From the human T2T-CHM13v2.0 reference genome, Homo sapiens, in NCBI RefSeq assembly GCF_009914755.1, contig NC_060938.1: 64,000 bases of DNA. The stretch is one strand, 5' to 3'. Made by a program: the position numbers and the translations under genes. How positions within the stretch are numbered: position 1 is the stretch's first letter; each line of letters opens with the position of its first letter. This document shows, piece after piece, positions 1 through 13,850 of the stretch. The notes beneath the pieces were generated by a model. The model was given only the letters and a program-made list of their open reading frames with translations, did not search any database and was not told the DNA's origin.

Positions 1-707
1 GGAAGCTGAGAAACTGTCATGTGAACTCCTGGAAAAACTAGGGATCATTACGAAGGAGCATAATCCTGAATTAGAATGAAGACCCTCCAGTGTATCATAG
101 TGTCATGCCAACCATCTTTGCCAGACATATGGGTTATTGAGTTACAGAATTGGCTTTTTGTTTTAAGTGCAAGGGAATTGCATCAAGTCAGTCTCTGGTT
201 CTATTTAAATATAATGTTAACTATTTTTTCATTGTTTATAATTCAAAAGTACAAATTGTCTTGAAAATATTTAGTAATATTTTAAAATATTTTATAAAGA
301 TTTAGAGATTCCAATGTGCATAAAATGTTATTCATGTTACTAAGCTTGTGATTCTCTTCAATTGAATACATCATAAATTTAGACCTGACAATCAAAATGT
401 ACAGTCATACTGAATTTCTGATATCTTTACCCAATTTATTCATAACATTACAACATACATTGACATAGTAGAAAAAGTATCACATTTTACAACATGGATT
501 TCACCTTACTGTTATATATTTTTAGCTTTTCTTTATCTTATGTATTAAGTATTTTAGTAATTTATAATTTGGTTATTATATATTTGTGTATTTATAGTTT
601 TCCCTATTTACTATTTTATTCCTATTTTTTTCTGTTTTCCTTTAGATTATTTGACATAAATTTTTGCTTTTTACAAAATTTTCTAGGTATTTGGTGCCAT
701 CAACAAC

Positions 708-820
708 ATATATATATATGTGTGTGTGTATATATATATATAAAATATATATAATATATATAAAAAATATATAATATATATAAAAATATATATATATATA
801 ATATATATAATATATATATA
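708..820. repeat. (TA)n/(TG)n compound microsatellite
   Basis: Runs of tatata, tgtgtg and degenerate atatata(a) units. Confidence 0.9.
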
Positions 821-2239
821 CATTTGTCAGAAGCCTACTTATTTTTAAAGTAGAATAAATTGGCTATAATGAATTCCACATTATTCACAGAAAATTTCAA
901 ATATCTTTGAAACTGTTTGCAAATATGGCAGATGTTGAATATTTAAGTTCAAAGAAAAAGTAAAGTATCTAACGCATACAAATGTACAGAATGACACAAA
1001 TCATTTGCTACTGAAAATCCAAAGTGAAATTTGTTCTTTCATATTTGTTTGAAAACAGAAGAGAGAAAAGTAAAATTTATGTACCTCTAATACTAGTGAT
1101 TAAAAGCATCTGTTAAGTATTGTTTCATTTTCCAGCTAAAAGTTTTCTTATGTACTTCTCCCTGAGATTTGCATTACGAAAAGTCCTTGTAATAGGAAGA
1201 CTAATTGTATTCTATAATAACAATGAGATAAAGAACTACTTAATGGAAAATATAAAGCCTGTGATTGTCATCACTCTAGATTCCTATTTTAATTATAAGA
1301 GTTATGTTAGTGGCTATGTGTACAGATATTAACTCTGCATGCTAAATCCTAGTGGAAGTAAAATTTTAGATATAGGCACACAGTCCTGTTAAATCATCAT
1401 ATTATTTAGCTGGTTTTTTATTTTTTTGAGCTTCAGATTATTTTTGGTTAACTTCATTTGTACACTGTCAAACATAATGACCTGTTAAACTTGACTACCT
1501 GTTATATTTTTTATATGGTGCCAAAACATTTTGGACACACAATAAACATGAAAGCATTGATGATATTTTTGGTAGTATTATTTTCTCCTCACTACAGTGG
1601 AAGTGAAAAGGTGTTGAATGTATACTTCACCAATGAGGTCATTTCACTGCTCTAATTCTCATATGTAAAATAAAGTTGTTAAAAATAGCTATTTTGCAGG
1701 AACTATGTGACACAAGAGGATATAATGGAAATAAAGGCACTTTATGAAGCATGAAACATACAAATAGCTTTAGTGTTATTACTTTTGGAAAGGTAATTCT
1801 GCAGGCACCTGGATGAGTATGAATTCTGTGAAGGCAGCCTTTTGCTCCTTCTGCCTGTCAGGTAAACAAAACTGATGATGCTTGGGCGCACTCTTTGTTT
1901 TCCCTTATTAAAATGTGCAAGTCTAAATTTAGAATTTTGCAGTGATCATTTATTAGCACCAACTTAGAAACCAAATTAAATATATTCAATAACAAATAAA
2001 TGTATGCTGTGTACAAAATACACTATTAGAATTATACAAATATTAATCCTTTCCATCAAAATCTTAGCATCAGATACGGCAGAAATTAATTAAACATGAA
2101 TAATTAAAATACAATCTAGGTTTTGATGAATGTCATAGTGGAGAAAATGTACTATGGAAATGAGAAAGAAAATTGATTTCTTACTCCCGAAGTAAAAAAG
2201 ACATGGAAAGAATAGATTTGGATTTCAATGTTTGGATGT

Positions 2240-2327
2240 TGTATTAGTTTCCTAGGGCAGCCATAACAAATTTCTACAAAATGGGTGGCTAAAAAAAAAG
2301 ATTTATTATGTCACAATTCTGGAGACT
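2240..2327 (-). mobile_element. MLT1 (MaLR) LTR fragment
   Basis: tgtattagtttcctagggcagccataacaaa...tcacaattctggagact resembles the reverse complement of an MLT1 3' end. Confidence 0.7.
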
Positions 2328-2349
2328 ATATATATCACAATTAAAATAT

Positions 2350-2735
2350 ATTTCCTTTAAGATTGAGAATGAGACAGAAAATGTTATTATCATGATTTCT
2401 ATTCAATGTGCTGAAGATTCCAGACAATTTGAGACAAAATAGCAATAAAATATGTGCTTAGAAAAAATATATTTTTAGAAAAATATTTTTTCTGTATATA
2501 TGTAGAAAATATTTTAAGCTATTAAAGTTAACTAGTGCATTTAGCAATGTTGTTTGATAATGGTTAATTTTTCCCAAATTGATCCATAGATTTAATGCAA
2601 TCTCAATCAAATTTCTAATAATATATTTGAGCAAATTGACATGCTGATTCTAAAATTTATATGGAAATACAAAGAGGCAAGAATATCCAAAGATATTTTG
2701 AAGGAAGACATACATTACGTATATCAAGACTTTCT
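2350..2735 (+). mobile_element. Old L1M ORF2 fragment (resumes about 3260-3600)
   Basis: cccaaattgatccatagatttaatgcaatctcaatcaaa and ctgattctaaaatttatatggaaatacaaagagg are typical L1 ORF2 sequence. Confidence 0.75.
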
Positions 2736-2830
2736 TCAAATTTGAAAGAAGACACAAGAAGTCTTCATATATGGTAGAGTATGTCGTCCATTGAAACTTC
2801 CTTGACTATTCTTGCCTCTTTGCATTTCCA

Positions 2831-3256
2831 AAGACATGAAATTAACCTAGATGCCCATAAATGGCAGACTGGATGAAGAAAACATGGTACATATACACAA
2901 TGGAATACAATGCAGCCATAAAAAGAATGAGATCATGCCCTTTTCAGCAACAGAGATGAAGCTGAAGGCCATTATCCTAAGCAAAGTAACACAGAAACAA
3001 AAAACCAAATACCACATGTAGTCACAAGTGGGAGCTAAACACTGAGTATGAATGGACACAAAAAAGAAAATAATAGACACTGGGGCCTACTACAGAGAGA
3101 AAGGTGGGAGAAGAGGGAAAATCCAAAAACCACCTGTTGAGTACTATGGTTATTACCTGGGTAACAGAATTATCTGTATAACAAACATCTGTGACATGTA
3201 ATTTACCTATAAAACAAACCTGCACATATGCCCGTGAAATAAAAATAAAAGTTAAA
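2831..3256 (+). mobile_element. L1PB/old L1PA 3' end fragment
   Basis: atggaatacaatgcagccataaaaagaatgagatcatg...acaaacctgcacat...aaataaaaataaaagtt, an L1 3' UTR with A-rich tail. Confidence 0.85.
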
Positions 3257-3683
3257 CAAAAGACTACATATTGAAATCTTGTATTGGTAAAGAAAAAAGA
3301 AACATGTTAGTGAAACACACTAGAGATTCTGGGAACAAAAAGCAAGTACATAGTCACCTGATCTATGAGAAATAGGATAATGAAGAGAAGAAACAAAAAT
3401 ATGAAGCTTGGCAATTGTACTCTTACCTTTAACAAACAACAACAAAAAAGCTTGGCTCTAAATTCACAAAAATAATTCAAAATAATATATATTTCTATAT
3501 AAATAAAAATAAAGCTTTTAGAATATGATATAGGAGAATGTTTTCATGACTTTTATATATGCAAGGATTTCTTAAATATGACACAAATAACTTTAAACTT
3601 AACAGAGTCTATATTGGACATACAAAGACTTGAAATTAAAGCTCTTAAAAGCAGACATCTGGTAAATCTATGATTGGTAATAG

Positions 3684-3730
3684 TGCGTGTGTGTGTGTGA
3701 GTGTGTGTGGAGAGAGAGAGAGAAAGAGAG
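3684..3730. repeat. (TG)n(AG)n microsatellite
   Basis: gtgtgtgtgtgtgagtgtgtgtggagagagagagagaaagagag. Confidence 0.9.
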
Positions 3731-3954
3731 CAGAGGGAGAGTGCACGCACATACAACAGCTCTGTGGCTTGGATGGTCTGGGCACTTGGAGGATATACAA
3801 AGTATGAACCTACATTTTAAGAACCCTCTACCAAACTGGGAAACAAGACTCATGCAAAGAAACAATAAAGTAATACAAGAAAAAAAAGAAAAAATGACAA
3901 ACTAGACTTCATTAAAATACACTATCAATCACCATTAAAGACGAGAGTGAAAAT

Positions 3955-4164
3955 GCAGGTCCTCACAGACACCAGAAGCTGGAAATGGCAAGAAACAGAT
4001 TTTTCTCCAGAGTTTCTAAAAGGAGTGTGGCTCTGTTAACATCTTGATTTTGATCCAGTGATACTGATTTTGAATTTCTGTCCTCCATAACTAAGAGAAA
4101 ATAAACTTCTTTTCTTATGAGCCACCAATTGTGTAGTAATTTGTTACTATAGGAAAGAAATACA
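3955..4164 (+). mobile_element. MLT1 (MaLR) LTR 3' part
   Basis: accagaagctggaaatggcaagaaacagatttttctccagag...gccaccaattgtgtagtaatttgttac...aataca. Confidence 0.75.
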
Positions 4165-5951
4165 TATGGTAATTCATCAATTCATCAAACTATACATTCA
4201 CTTATGATTTGTGATTTTGTTATGTTTCTGTTACACCTCAGTAAAGAGTTTGCTAAACATTAAATGCATAAAGAACAGGCTTAAATGAGGTATGAATTTC
4301 TTCAACAAATATTAATAAAGTTTTTATTCTATCCAGAATTTCTGCTAACTACTGGGAATTTAATGATGAGAAAAATGAAAAATATCCCAGTCCTAGTGGA
4401 AAAGGCAGGTTAAACAAATAGCTATAGAGTCTAAATTGCTTTGATAAAGACTTAAGAGCAGGTAAGAAAAATCTGAGGTCTGAAGTATGTTAGTAGACAA
4501 AGAAGAAACGTGAAGTTCTCCCTAGTACAGAAATCTACTTACAAAGGCAACTATCTGCAAAGGATGATGAGATAACCACTACACTGGAGAAATTAAAAGC
4601 TGAGATTATAGGAGACAGGGTAAATTAAAGGGAACTAAGTATCCATCAATTTTCTTACTTCCTTTTCTAGAGTTTAAAGCTGTTACTGGAAAACAGCTCC
4701 CCTTCCGGAACTATAATTCTTAGTTACCTTTCTTCTAAGTAAGTCCATATGTCCTATTCTTACCAATAAAATATCATATTCTTACCACAAAAAGAAATAA
4801 TTTGACCAAGTTCGTAATAATTAAGTCTGCCTTAACTCTTTAGTCCTTTGTCTGCCAAGAGGATGCAGAAGACTCTGGGATCCTAAAGAAATCTTAAATC
4901 AAGAAGATGCAAGAGGAAGCGACGCCAACAATATAGCTGACTAGAAGTGCCTAACACTCAACCTCCTCCCCGGCCACCACACAAAAGGACCAAAACAACA
5001 AACAAATAACCACTTTTCAACTAAAATATATGAAGGAGAGCCCTGGAGTAAAACAGGGAAATGGCAGAGACCCTGTGGATCATGGAGACTCAGGATGGCC
5101 ATATAAAAAAGGGAATGGAACACTCTGCCTTTACCATCTTGTCTCTCCTAGCGGGATGAGGTCAGAGCCAGGGCGGACTCTCCTTACAGAGAAAAGGTAT
5201 GCAGGAGGCCCTCAGCAATACAAATTAAAATGTGGACACCCACAATCTTTGCTCATGGAGATCACTGTAGTCCTCACAGGTCCTAGGCCCAGCCTGAGGA
5301 GTTGCCTGGAGTTCACATGACTATGTTACTCCAAACAAGGAGCCCACATTGTGTCTCCTCCTGCCCTATTATCCAAGCTGCTGCTGTGTAATGGCATCTT
5401 GAGACTGAAGCCACTGCTAGGGTGCCTTCTCATTTGGGGGTCTATAGCCACTGTATCTTCCCATACCCTAGGCTTCACTGCCACTACACCACACCTACTA
5501 ATGGCAGCACACCATTCTGCAGCTGAGCAGCTACAACTTCTAACCCCATGGAAACAAACTGCCAAGGAGGCACTCCATCTTTCCATCCCAGTGACTGCAG
5601 TATCTTGGCTCTGTCTACTCAGAGCCTAGGACCAACAGAACAGCTGTAACCTTAGTACCTGAGCCCATGTGGCACCCTGTTCCCCAAGGAACAGGCACTC
5701 ATGCCCAGTGATTGTACCCAAGCTAACAGAGCAGCATCACAAACTCCTGCAGCCTAAGACATTTTCTTATGAGGAAATCCCCCCGTATGGGACATCATGG
5801 CTGTATCTTGCTGCTTTAGACTATCAGCATATTTCTCAGCATATTTCTTAACCTTGCAGGCCAGGAGAGAATGGAACAATATACTCAAAGTGCCGAGAGA
5901 AAAAAATAAAACTTCTAGTCAAGAACAGTATACTCATCAAAGTTATTCTTT

Positions 5952-6080
5952 TTTTTAAATTTTATTATTATTATACTTTAAGTTTTAGGGTACCAGAATC
6001 TACAACGAACTCAAATTTACAAGAAAAAAGCAAAAAACCCCATCAAAGAGTGGGCGAAGGATATGAACAGACACTTCTCA
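5952..6080 (-). mobile_element. Very short 5'-inverted (twin-primed) L1PA insertion with 13-bp TSD
   Basis: Poly-T plus attatactttaagttttagggtac (antisense 3' end) joined to the sense ORF2 piece cagaatctacaacgaactc...cacttctca. TSD aaagttattcttt at 5939-5951 and 6081-6093. Confidence 0.85.
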
Positions 6081-8744
6081 AAAGTTATTCTTTAAATATG
6101 AAGGAGAAGTAAAGTCTTTCCCAGACAAGCAAAAGCTGAGGGAATTCATCACCACTAGAACAGCCGTACAAGAAATGCTTAAAAGACGGTTTCAAAGGAT
6201 GTTAATTGCCACCATGAGGTGAAAGGATGTTAATTACTACCATGAAAGTATTTAAACTCACGGGTAGAAGTAAACTCATAATTAAATTCAGAGTGCTACA
6301 TTATTGTAGTGGTGTATACAGTATGAAGGTTAAAAGTCAAAATGGTCAACAATAACCATAGCTACAATAAGTTTTTAAGAAATAAGCCATACAAAAGATG
6401 TGAATTAAGACAACAAAATTATAAATTGGGTTGGAGGGTCAAAGTCTAGAATATTTGCAGGCAATCAAAGTTAAATTGTTATTAGCTTAAAATAAACCTT
6501 TAGAACTATAAGATTTTTTATGTAAGCCCCAGAGTAACAACAAAGAAAAAAGTTACAGCATATATGCAAATGAAAAAGAGAATGGAATAAAACCATGAAA
6601 CCACAAAAGTAAACACAAGAGAGGAAGAAAGAAACAAAGACCTACAAAATAACCAGAAAACAATGAACAAAATGGCAATAGTAAATCCGTACCTATCAAT
6701 ATAACTTTCAATATAAATGTATTAAATTCTGTAATTAAAAGATGGCTGAATGCATTTTAAAAACATACAACTATATCTGCTTACAGGAGACTCACTTCAC
6801 CTGTAAGGACACATACTGACTAAAAATAAAGAAGAAAAAATTATATGCCATGCAAATGGAAGTCAAAAGAGAGCAAGAGTAGCTATACTTAGATCAGATA
6901 AAATGGACTTTAAGTCAAAAACTGTAAAATGAGACAAAGATGGTCATGATATAATGATGAAGGGGTCAATTCAGTAAGGGGATATACAACTACAAATATA
7001 TATGAATCTCAAACCAGAATACCCAGACATATAAAGCAAATACTATTAGATGTAAAGGGAGAGATAGACTCCAATGCAATAATAATAGAGGACTTCAATA
7101 TCTCACTTTCGGCAAAGGACAGATCATCTAGACAAAAATTCAGCCAAAAAAACAACAAATACAAAGCGCACTCTAGATCATGTGGACCTACCAGATAGTC
7201 ACAGAACATCCCACTCAACAGCTGAAGAGTATGCATTCTCCTCATCAGCACATGGAAGTGTCTTCAGGGTAGATCAGATGTTAGGCCACAAAACAAACCT
7301 CAGCAAATCTGCAAAAATCAAAATCAAGTATCTCTTTTGACCATGATGGAATAAAACTAGAAATCACTAACAGTAAAACTTTAGAAACCATTTAAATACA
7401 TGTAAATTTAACAACATGCTCCTGTATAACAAATGGATTAATGAATAAGTTAAAAAGAAAATTCAAACACTTCATGAGACAAATGAAATTGGAAACACAG
7501 TATATGAAAACTTATGGAATACAGCAAAAGCAGTTCCAAGAGGGAAGTTTATAGCAATAAACACCTACACCATAAAAGACAAAAAATCTCAAATAAACAG
7601 TATAACATCATACCTCAAGGAACTAGAACAACAAGAACAAACACAAAATTAGTAGAAAAAAGAAATAAATGAGAGTGGATATAAGTGGAATAGTGACTAA
7701 AACAATACAGAAATCCTTGAACAGAAACAAACCTTTAGTTAGATTAACTTAGAAAAATGGAGGGAAAGTTCAAATAAAATCAGACATAAAAAAGTATACA
7801 TTAAAACTGATGTAACAGCAATACAAAGGATTATAAGAGACTATTATGAACAACTACATGCCAACGTATACATATACAACCTACCAAAATTGAATTATGA
7901 AAAAGTAGAAAATCTGAAGAGACCAATAGTGAGTAACAACATAGAATCTATAATAAAAAGTCTCCCATCAAAGAAAACCTCCAGATATGATGGCTTCACT
8001 GCTGAAATCTACCAAACATTTAAAAGATGTTATCAATACTTTTCAAACTATTTCAAAATAATTGAAGATGAGAGAATTTGTCCAATCTCATTCTACAATG
8101 CTGGCATAACTCTGATACAAAAACCAGTCAAGGACACAACAAAATATGAACTACGGGACAATATCTCTGATAAAAATAGATGCAAAAATCCTTAAGAAAA
8201 TACTAGCAAACCAAATTCAACAGCACATTAAAAAGAGCATTCACCATGATCAAATGGGATTCATTCTAGATAATACAACCTACATTATACAATAAATGTG
8301 ATATATCACATTAACAGGATCAAGGACAAAAGCTAATCTATCACTTTGATAAACAGAAAAAGTATTTGACAATATTCAATGCTGTTTGATTAAAACTCTC
8401 AACAAAATGTACCTCAACACAATAAAGGCCAAAAATGACAAATTACGCTAACTGGAGAAAAGTTGAAAGCTTTTCCTCTAAGATCTGAAACAAGACACAG
8501 ATGCCAATTTTCACCACTTTTATTCAACATAGTACTAAATTCCTAGCCAGAGAAAGTAGGCAAGAGAAATAAATAAAAGGGATCTAAATTGGAAAGAAGG
8601 AAGTCAAATTGTTTCTATTTGCAGTTGACATGATTTTATACATAGATTTTATATAAAGGTTCAACCAAAAAGCTCTAAGAAGTGATAAATAAATTCAGTA
8701 AAGTTGCAGGATACAGCATCAACCAAAAATATCGGTAGCATTTC

Positions 8745-8857
8745 TTTTTTTTAGTAACTTTTATTTTAAGCTCAGAGGTACATGTGCAAGTTTGTTACAT
8801 AGATAAACTTGTGTCATGGGAGTTTATTGCACAAAATAATTTCATCACCCAAGTACT
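8745..8857 (-). mobile_element. L1PB/old L1PA 3' end fragment (antisense)
   Basis: acttttattttaagctcagaggtacatgtgcaagtttgttacat...ttcatcacccaagtact. Confidence 0.8.
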
Positions 8858-10553
8858 TATTTGTTCTATTGGCTGCAGGGTGACTATAGTTAATATTGCA
8901 TATCTCAAAATAATTAGAGGAGAGGATTTTAAAAGTCCTTACCACAAACTAATGATCAATGTTTTAGATAATGAATATGCTGAATACCCTGATTCTATCG
9001 TCACTGAATATATGCATGTATTGAAACATCACATTGTGCCCCATAAATATGTGCAATTATGTGACAATTAAAAGCAAAATAAAACTTCAAAAATAAAGAT
9101 GGAAGAAACCTGGGTTGCTCAATCTCTGACAGGTGACCAGTCACCAACCATAACACTACTGAGCATAGTTACATGAGCAGATATATCATTTCATGTGGCT
9201 AAGTACCTAAAATTTTATGATATTTTGTTACATTAGCTAGAATTACTCAAACCAATCACAAAGAGAGTGAGATATAAGCCTGGGTAGAAAAATCAATTTT
9301 AGAATGATGTTGTAAGTCTTACTAAGAAATCTCAACTTTGCTAAAAGGACAATGGAAAGATTGAGGTATTTTAGGAGGTTTAATGTTATATATTTAGACT
9401 AAGCAATTTGATAGGTTACAGAAAATGTATTACAGATAAAAAATCTTAAAGATAATGAGATAAGTTGATGACACCTACTGCATCAATCCAGTGTGTAATG
9501 AGTATCATAATAAAACAGAATTGAACAGACTCAGAAATATTTAAAGTTTATACAGATAATGCCTATTACTTGACTACATTTGACGGTAAGGGAGAAACAA
9601 AATTGGTGCAAAATTTTCTTGCTTGAGGAGCTAGCAAGACAATACACAACTCCAGGAGTTCATTCATTTAAAAAATGTCTTTATTATTTGTCATATAAGG
9701 GAAAGATAAGTTGACTATTGTCCATAATGAATTTGAAGTGTGTATATAAAAACAAGTGGAGATGCTCAGTAGGTAATTGAATATATAGAAAAATATACAG
9801 AAAAAAACATGCTATTTAAAAAAATAACTACCTTTAGCACCTTCTCACAGGAGAATGACAAAATTCCCCCTAAAACCAGAAGCCATTTATTTAGTGAAAT
9901 AGCTTGGTAGGTCACATTTTTGTAAGTGTTGAGCAAGAAGCGGATCCATTACAATGGGTCAAGAAGTGTATTAGCCAAGGTCACCGAAGAAAACACAAAA
10001 CATATTTGGCAAAGATTTTCAATATAATATGAGAATCAACTATCCATAAAAATCTTGGCAGGATTAAATGAGGCATCCTAACACCAGAACCAGCAGGAAG
10101 CTTTATTACTCTTGGCCTGAAGAGACAAGAAGAGGGTTAGAAATTGTTGAGAGCTAGAGCCATAAAGGGACCTACAAGGTATAAATACTCAGGGATAGAT
10201 TACTAGAAGAATTCTAGCGAAGTGGCAGGGAGGAGAAACAGAAGTAAAATCCAGACCTTTCTCTCCTTTTTCCCTCTAATCTCCTGCCAGCTCCTTTTAT
10301 TCTCCAATCTCAATAAAGGCTAGAGGCAGAAAAGCCCAGATAATGTAGCCATGCTAGTGAGCCAACAGGGGCCTAGAATAGAAAAGGGTGGAGAATGAAA
10401 CAAGCAACTAAAGAAAACTTCAAGAGAAATCAATAGGAAATGATGACCTGGGGACAACTGACATGATGTAATAGCTGATTTCAAGAATTTAGGGTACAAA
10501 TGGGAAGAGATGAGTTTATAGTTGGGAGATGATGTGTTAAGAAAGTTAGATAC

Positions 10554-10893
<340 letters not shown>

Positions 10894-11984
10894 TCATACT
10901 AATGGTAATGGATTTGGTTTACAAAGTAGGAAATGAGTTTATAGAGTACATATATACATATGCTAAGAGCCCATGTAAAGAAGAAAATCCAAATATCTTG
11001 TTCTAGGGTGTGAGAATGATGATCAAGGCTGTCTTCTGTGCTTTCTTTCCCTTATCATTACATAGGTCCATAATGGTTAAATCTCTTCACTGTCCAACTG
11101 TACAAGAAGGGACCTAATTCTGAGCGGTCTATTTCAGTTCATTTATATGCAAATTATCCGGCATTAAAATTCAATTTAAAAAATTAGCTCAGCTCCTATT
11201 GTGCCACCAGGATGATTTAAATTCTGTCTTTTCTTAAAAGAAAAGGAGCAGAATATCTCTAAATCTTTGTGTTTCAAATATTTGGTTTCGGTTTTGGGTC
11301 TGGTTCTCAACACTGACCACTAGTGTTAACATACAGTTTATTACAGGAAACTTGTGTGAAATGTTCTATAACAATTGTCATAACAACACATAATGAAAAG
11401 AAAAAAATGCAACATCAACTAGGATGGGATGCCAATGTCAACAGTTCATTTTTACTCCTGGTATTACAACCCATATTTTCATTGTTTAAAAAAAAAATTC
11501 ATGTTCCACATGAACCTAGCAGTACACTAGCAATATGACAACAATGTAGCCACTTATCTCAGCAAAACAAAAATTTTACTACTTTTCATGTGCCGTGCAG
11601 ACTCATTTTTTTCAGAAACTGCTTATCATTTGTTTATTTATAATATTCAAGATACCCATTGGTGATAAGGAATGAAATGATAGCCAATTGTATTCATTAG
11701 ATTTTGCTCCATATTAAGCCACCTCAAAATTTATTGAATTAAACTAGGAACCATTTTATATTTGTTCACAAACCAGGCGAGTACCTTTTCTGGTCTGGGC
11801 CAATACGTTTGACCTCTACTAGGATGTCTGGTAAGTCTGGGTGAGCTGGACAATCTATACTGACCACACTCATATGTCTGGTAGTTGCCAGGTTAGCAAC
11901 ATGAGCTGGTTTACTGTCAGCCAGGCCCCAAATTCTCTCCACATGGTTTCTCATCTGTCATCAGCTGGAGCTGACTTATACCTG

Positions 11985-12165
11985 AATGAGAGCTTGTTTT
12001 ATATTATCAGGGGTTTTGTGAGGTAGTTATTATACACTTGGTGGCTTGAAATCTGCCATAGTGGGAGTATTTTTACCACAGACATTGGAAAATACTACAA
12101 ATCAGAGCCTTCTCTTCCCCCTTTACCCCATGAACCAGCTCCTAAACATTTACCAGGACATCATT
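11985..12165. mobile_element. MER63-like hAT DNA transposon fragment within degraded LTR sequence
   Basis: gcttgaaatctgccatagtgggagtattttt...ctacaaatcagagc...aacatttaccag. Confidence 0.55.
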
Positions 12166-12519
12166 GCTTCTTGTCTTCCAAAAGACTGGCTTAGGCTCGA
12201 TTCCATGGTGGCCTCAGTATTCCCATAGTAACAATAGAGGGCAGTCCCAATGCAAAATTCTCTTGTGCTATTATTCCTTTCGGCAGAACAAGACACATGG
12301 CCAAGTCCAGAGTCAGTGCAGAATACCACTCATCAATTTAAAAGAACCAACTATTGATTCACAGAGTAACTGGGGTGAATCTCAAAGGCATTATGTTGAG
12401 TAAAAGAAGCCAGTGTCAGTAAAAACATATGTATGACCCCATTATAACATTCTCATTTTTTAAAAAAAGAGTTTTATGGTATTTTTGAAAAGTAAAAAGT
12501 AACCACCACATGGCCACTT

Positions 12520-13850
12520 GTACACTCATTTATTCAGTGAATCAATAATATTCTGTGGGTATCTACTATTTGCTAGGTTCTGGGCCAGGTGTTGGGGAGA
12601 TGATAGTGATCCTAAGACACTCAGTTTTTACCCACATGAGTCCCACAGTCTTGGAGTGGAGATGCAGAAAGGAGAGAGAAACAAAGACATGTAAGAAAAT
12701 CAAATGAGCAAATTAAAAGTTTAATGAGTGTTATGAAGGTAGTAAATAATGTTGCGAGATGAGAAAAAACAAAGGAGTGAAGAGGGGGGAATGGTACTCA
12801 GAAAAAGCCTCTCTGTGCTCTGTGTAATGAATAACCTTCTATTTAGTTTCTGTGGGAAGGATATACAATAGAAGAGCCAAAAGAAACAATATTCAAGCAG
12901 ACAAAAGAGAAATGGAAACTCCCTAAAGTGGAAAGGGATTGTGTGTTCCAGAAAATGAAAGCAGGAATTTAGTGAATGACCAATGAGTGAGACGAAATGA
13001 AGCTGAAGGTTAATATGTAAAATACAGGATAGGAAGGGCTCATTATGGATATTGGATTATATTTCTAGAGCAATGGGGACTATGATGGTCCCTTGGTGTC
13101 TACGGGGAATTGGTTCCAAGACCCCCGCAGATACCAAAACCCATGGATGCTTCAGTCCCTTGTATAAAGTGGTGTAGCATTTGCATATAACCTATGCACA
13201 TTCTCCCGTATACTTTTAAATCATCTCTAAATTACTTATAATATCTAATACGATGTCTACATATCACTTCTTTTAAGTGAATTCAATGTAGTACTTGATG
13301 TGTTGCAAATTTCAGTTTTGATTTTGAAGATCTGTGGAATTGTTTTTTTCTAAATACTTTTGATCCGTGATTGATTGAATCCATAGACACAGAACCCACA
13401 TATACAGAGGAATGACTGCATGTTTATCATTTTAAAGTTGTTTGACTTATTTATCTTATTTTTAAAGATTTATCTTATTTTTAAAGACTGCTCTGAGCAT
13501 TCAGGAGAAATTGACTGGAAAAAAAAATCAGTGCAGAGAGTTGGAGATTATTAGAAGGCCTTTGAAACATTTAAGGAGAAAGAAAGGGATGGTTTAGACA
13601 AGGGAAATTGTAATAGAAAGCTTTGATGGATTGGGCATATTTTAGAGAAAGGTACAGCAGGACTGGAAGTGGGAGTGAGAAAATAGAAGAAGTGAAGTTT
13701 CTGGCTGAAACCACTGGGGCAATAGAAATGCCATTACCTGGGTTAAGGGAGACTAAAGGAGGACTAGATTTGGAAACAGAAGAATTGAAATGACTGTGAA
13801 AATTAAAGAGAAGATGTGAAGAAGAAACGTGATCTATCAGTCTGGGCTGA
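12520..13850 (-). mobile_element. L2 LINE fragment (interrupted by MER2)
   Basis: tcatttattcagtgaatcaataatatt...tatctactatttgctaggttctgggccaggtg is an antisense L2 3' end, followed by purine-rich L2-like body. Confidence 0.7.
13083..13418 (+). mobile_element. MER2 (Tigger-family MITE)
   Basis: ggggaattggttccaagacccccgcagataccaaaacccatggatgct...gcatttgcatataacctatgcaca...gactg, about 340 bp. Confidence 0.85.

Larger units (their letters stand above)
4890..9097 (+). mobile_element. Degenerate L1MA-type LINE: 5'UTR-like part, ORF1 end, ORF2 5' half, 3' UTR; internally deleted
   Basis: ORF 7890-8195 (LKRPIVSNNIESIIKSLPSKKTSRYDGFTAEIYQTFK) is L1 ORF2-like. L1MA-type 3' end with A-rich tail at about 8860-9097. 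Confidence 0.8.

Noticed and set aside
2240-4164. Inverted MLT1 fragments as ends of one composite element
   Set aside because: They share only family-level similarity and have no TSD; most simply they are two independent old LTR remnants.
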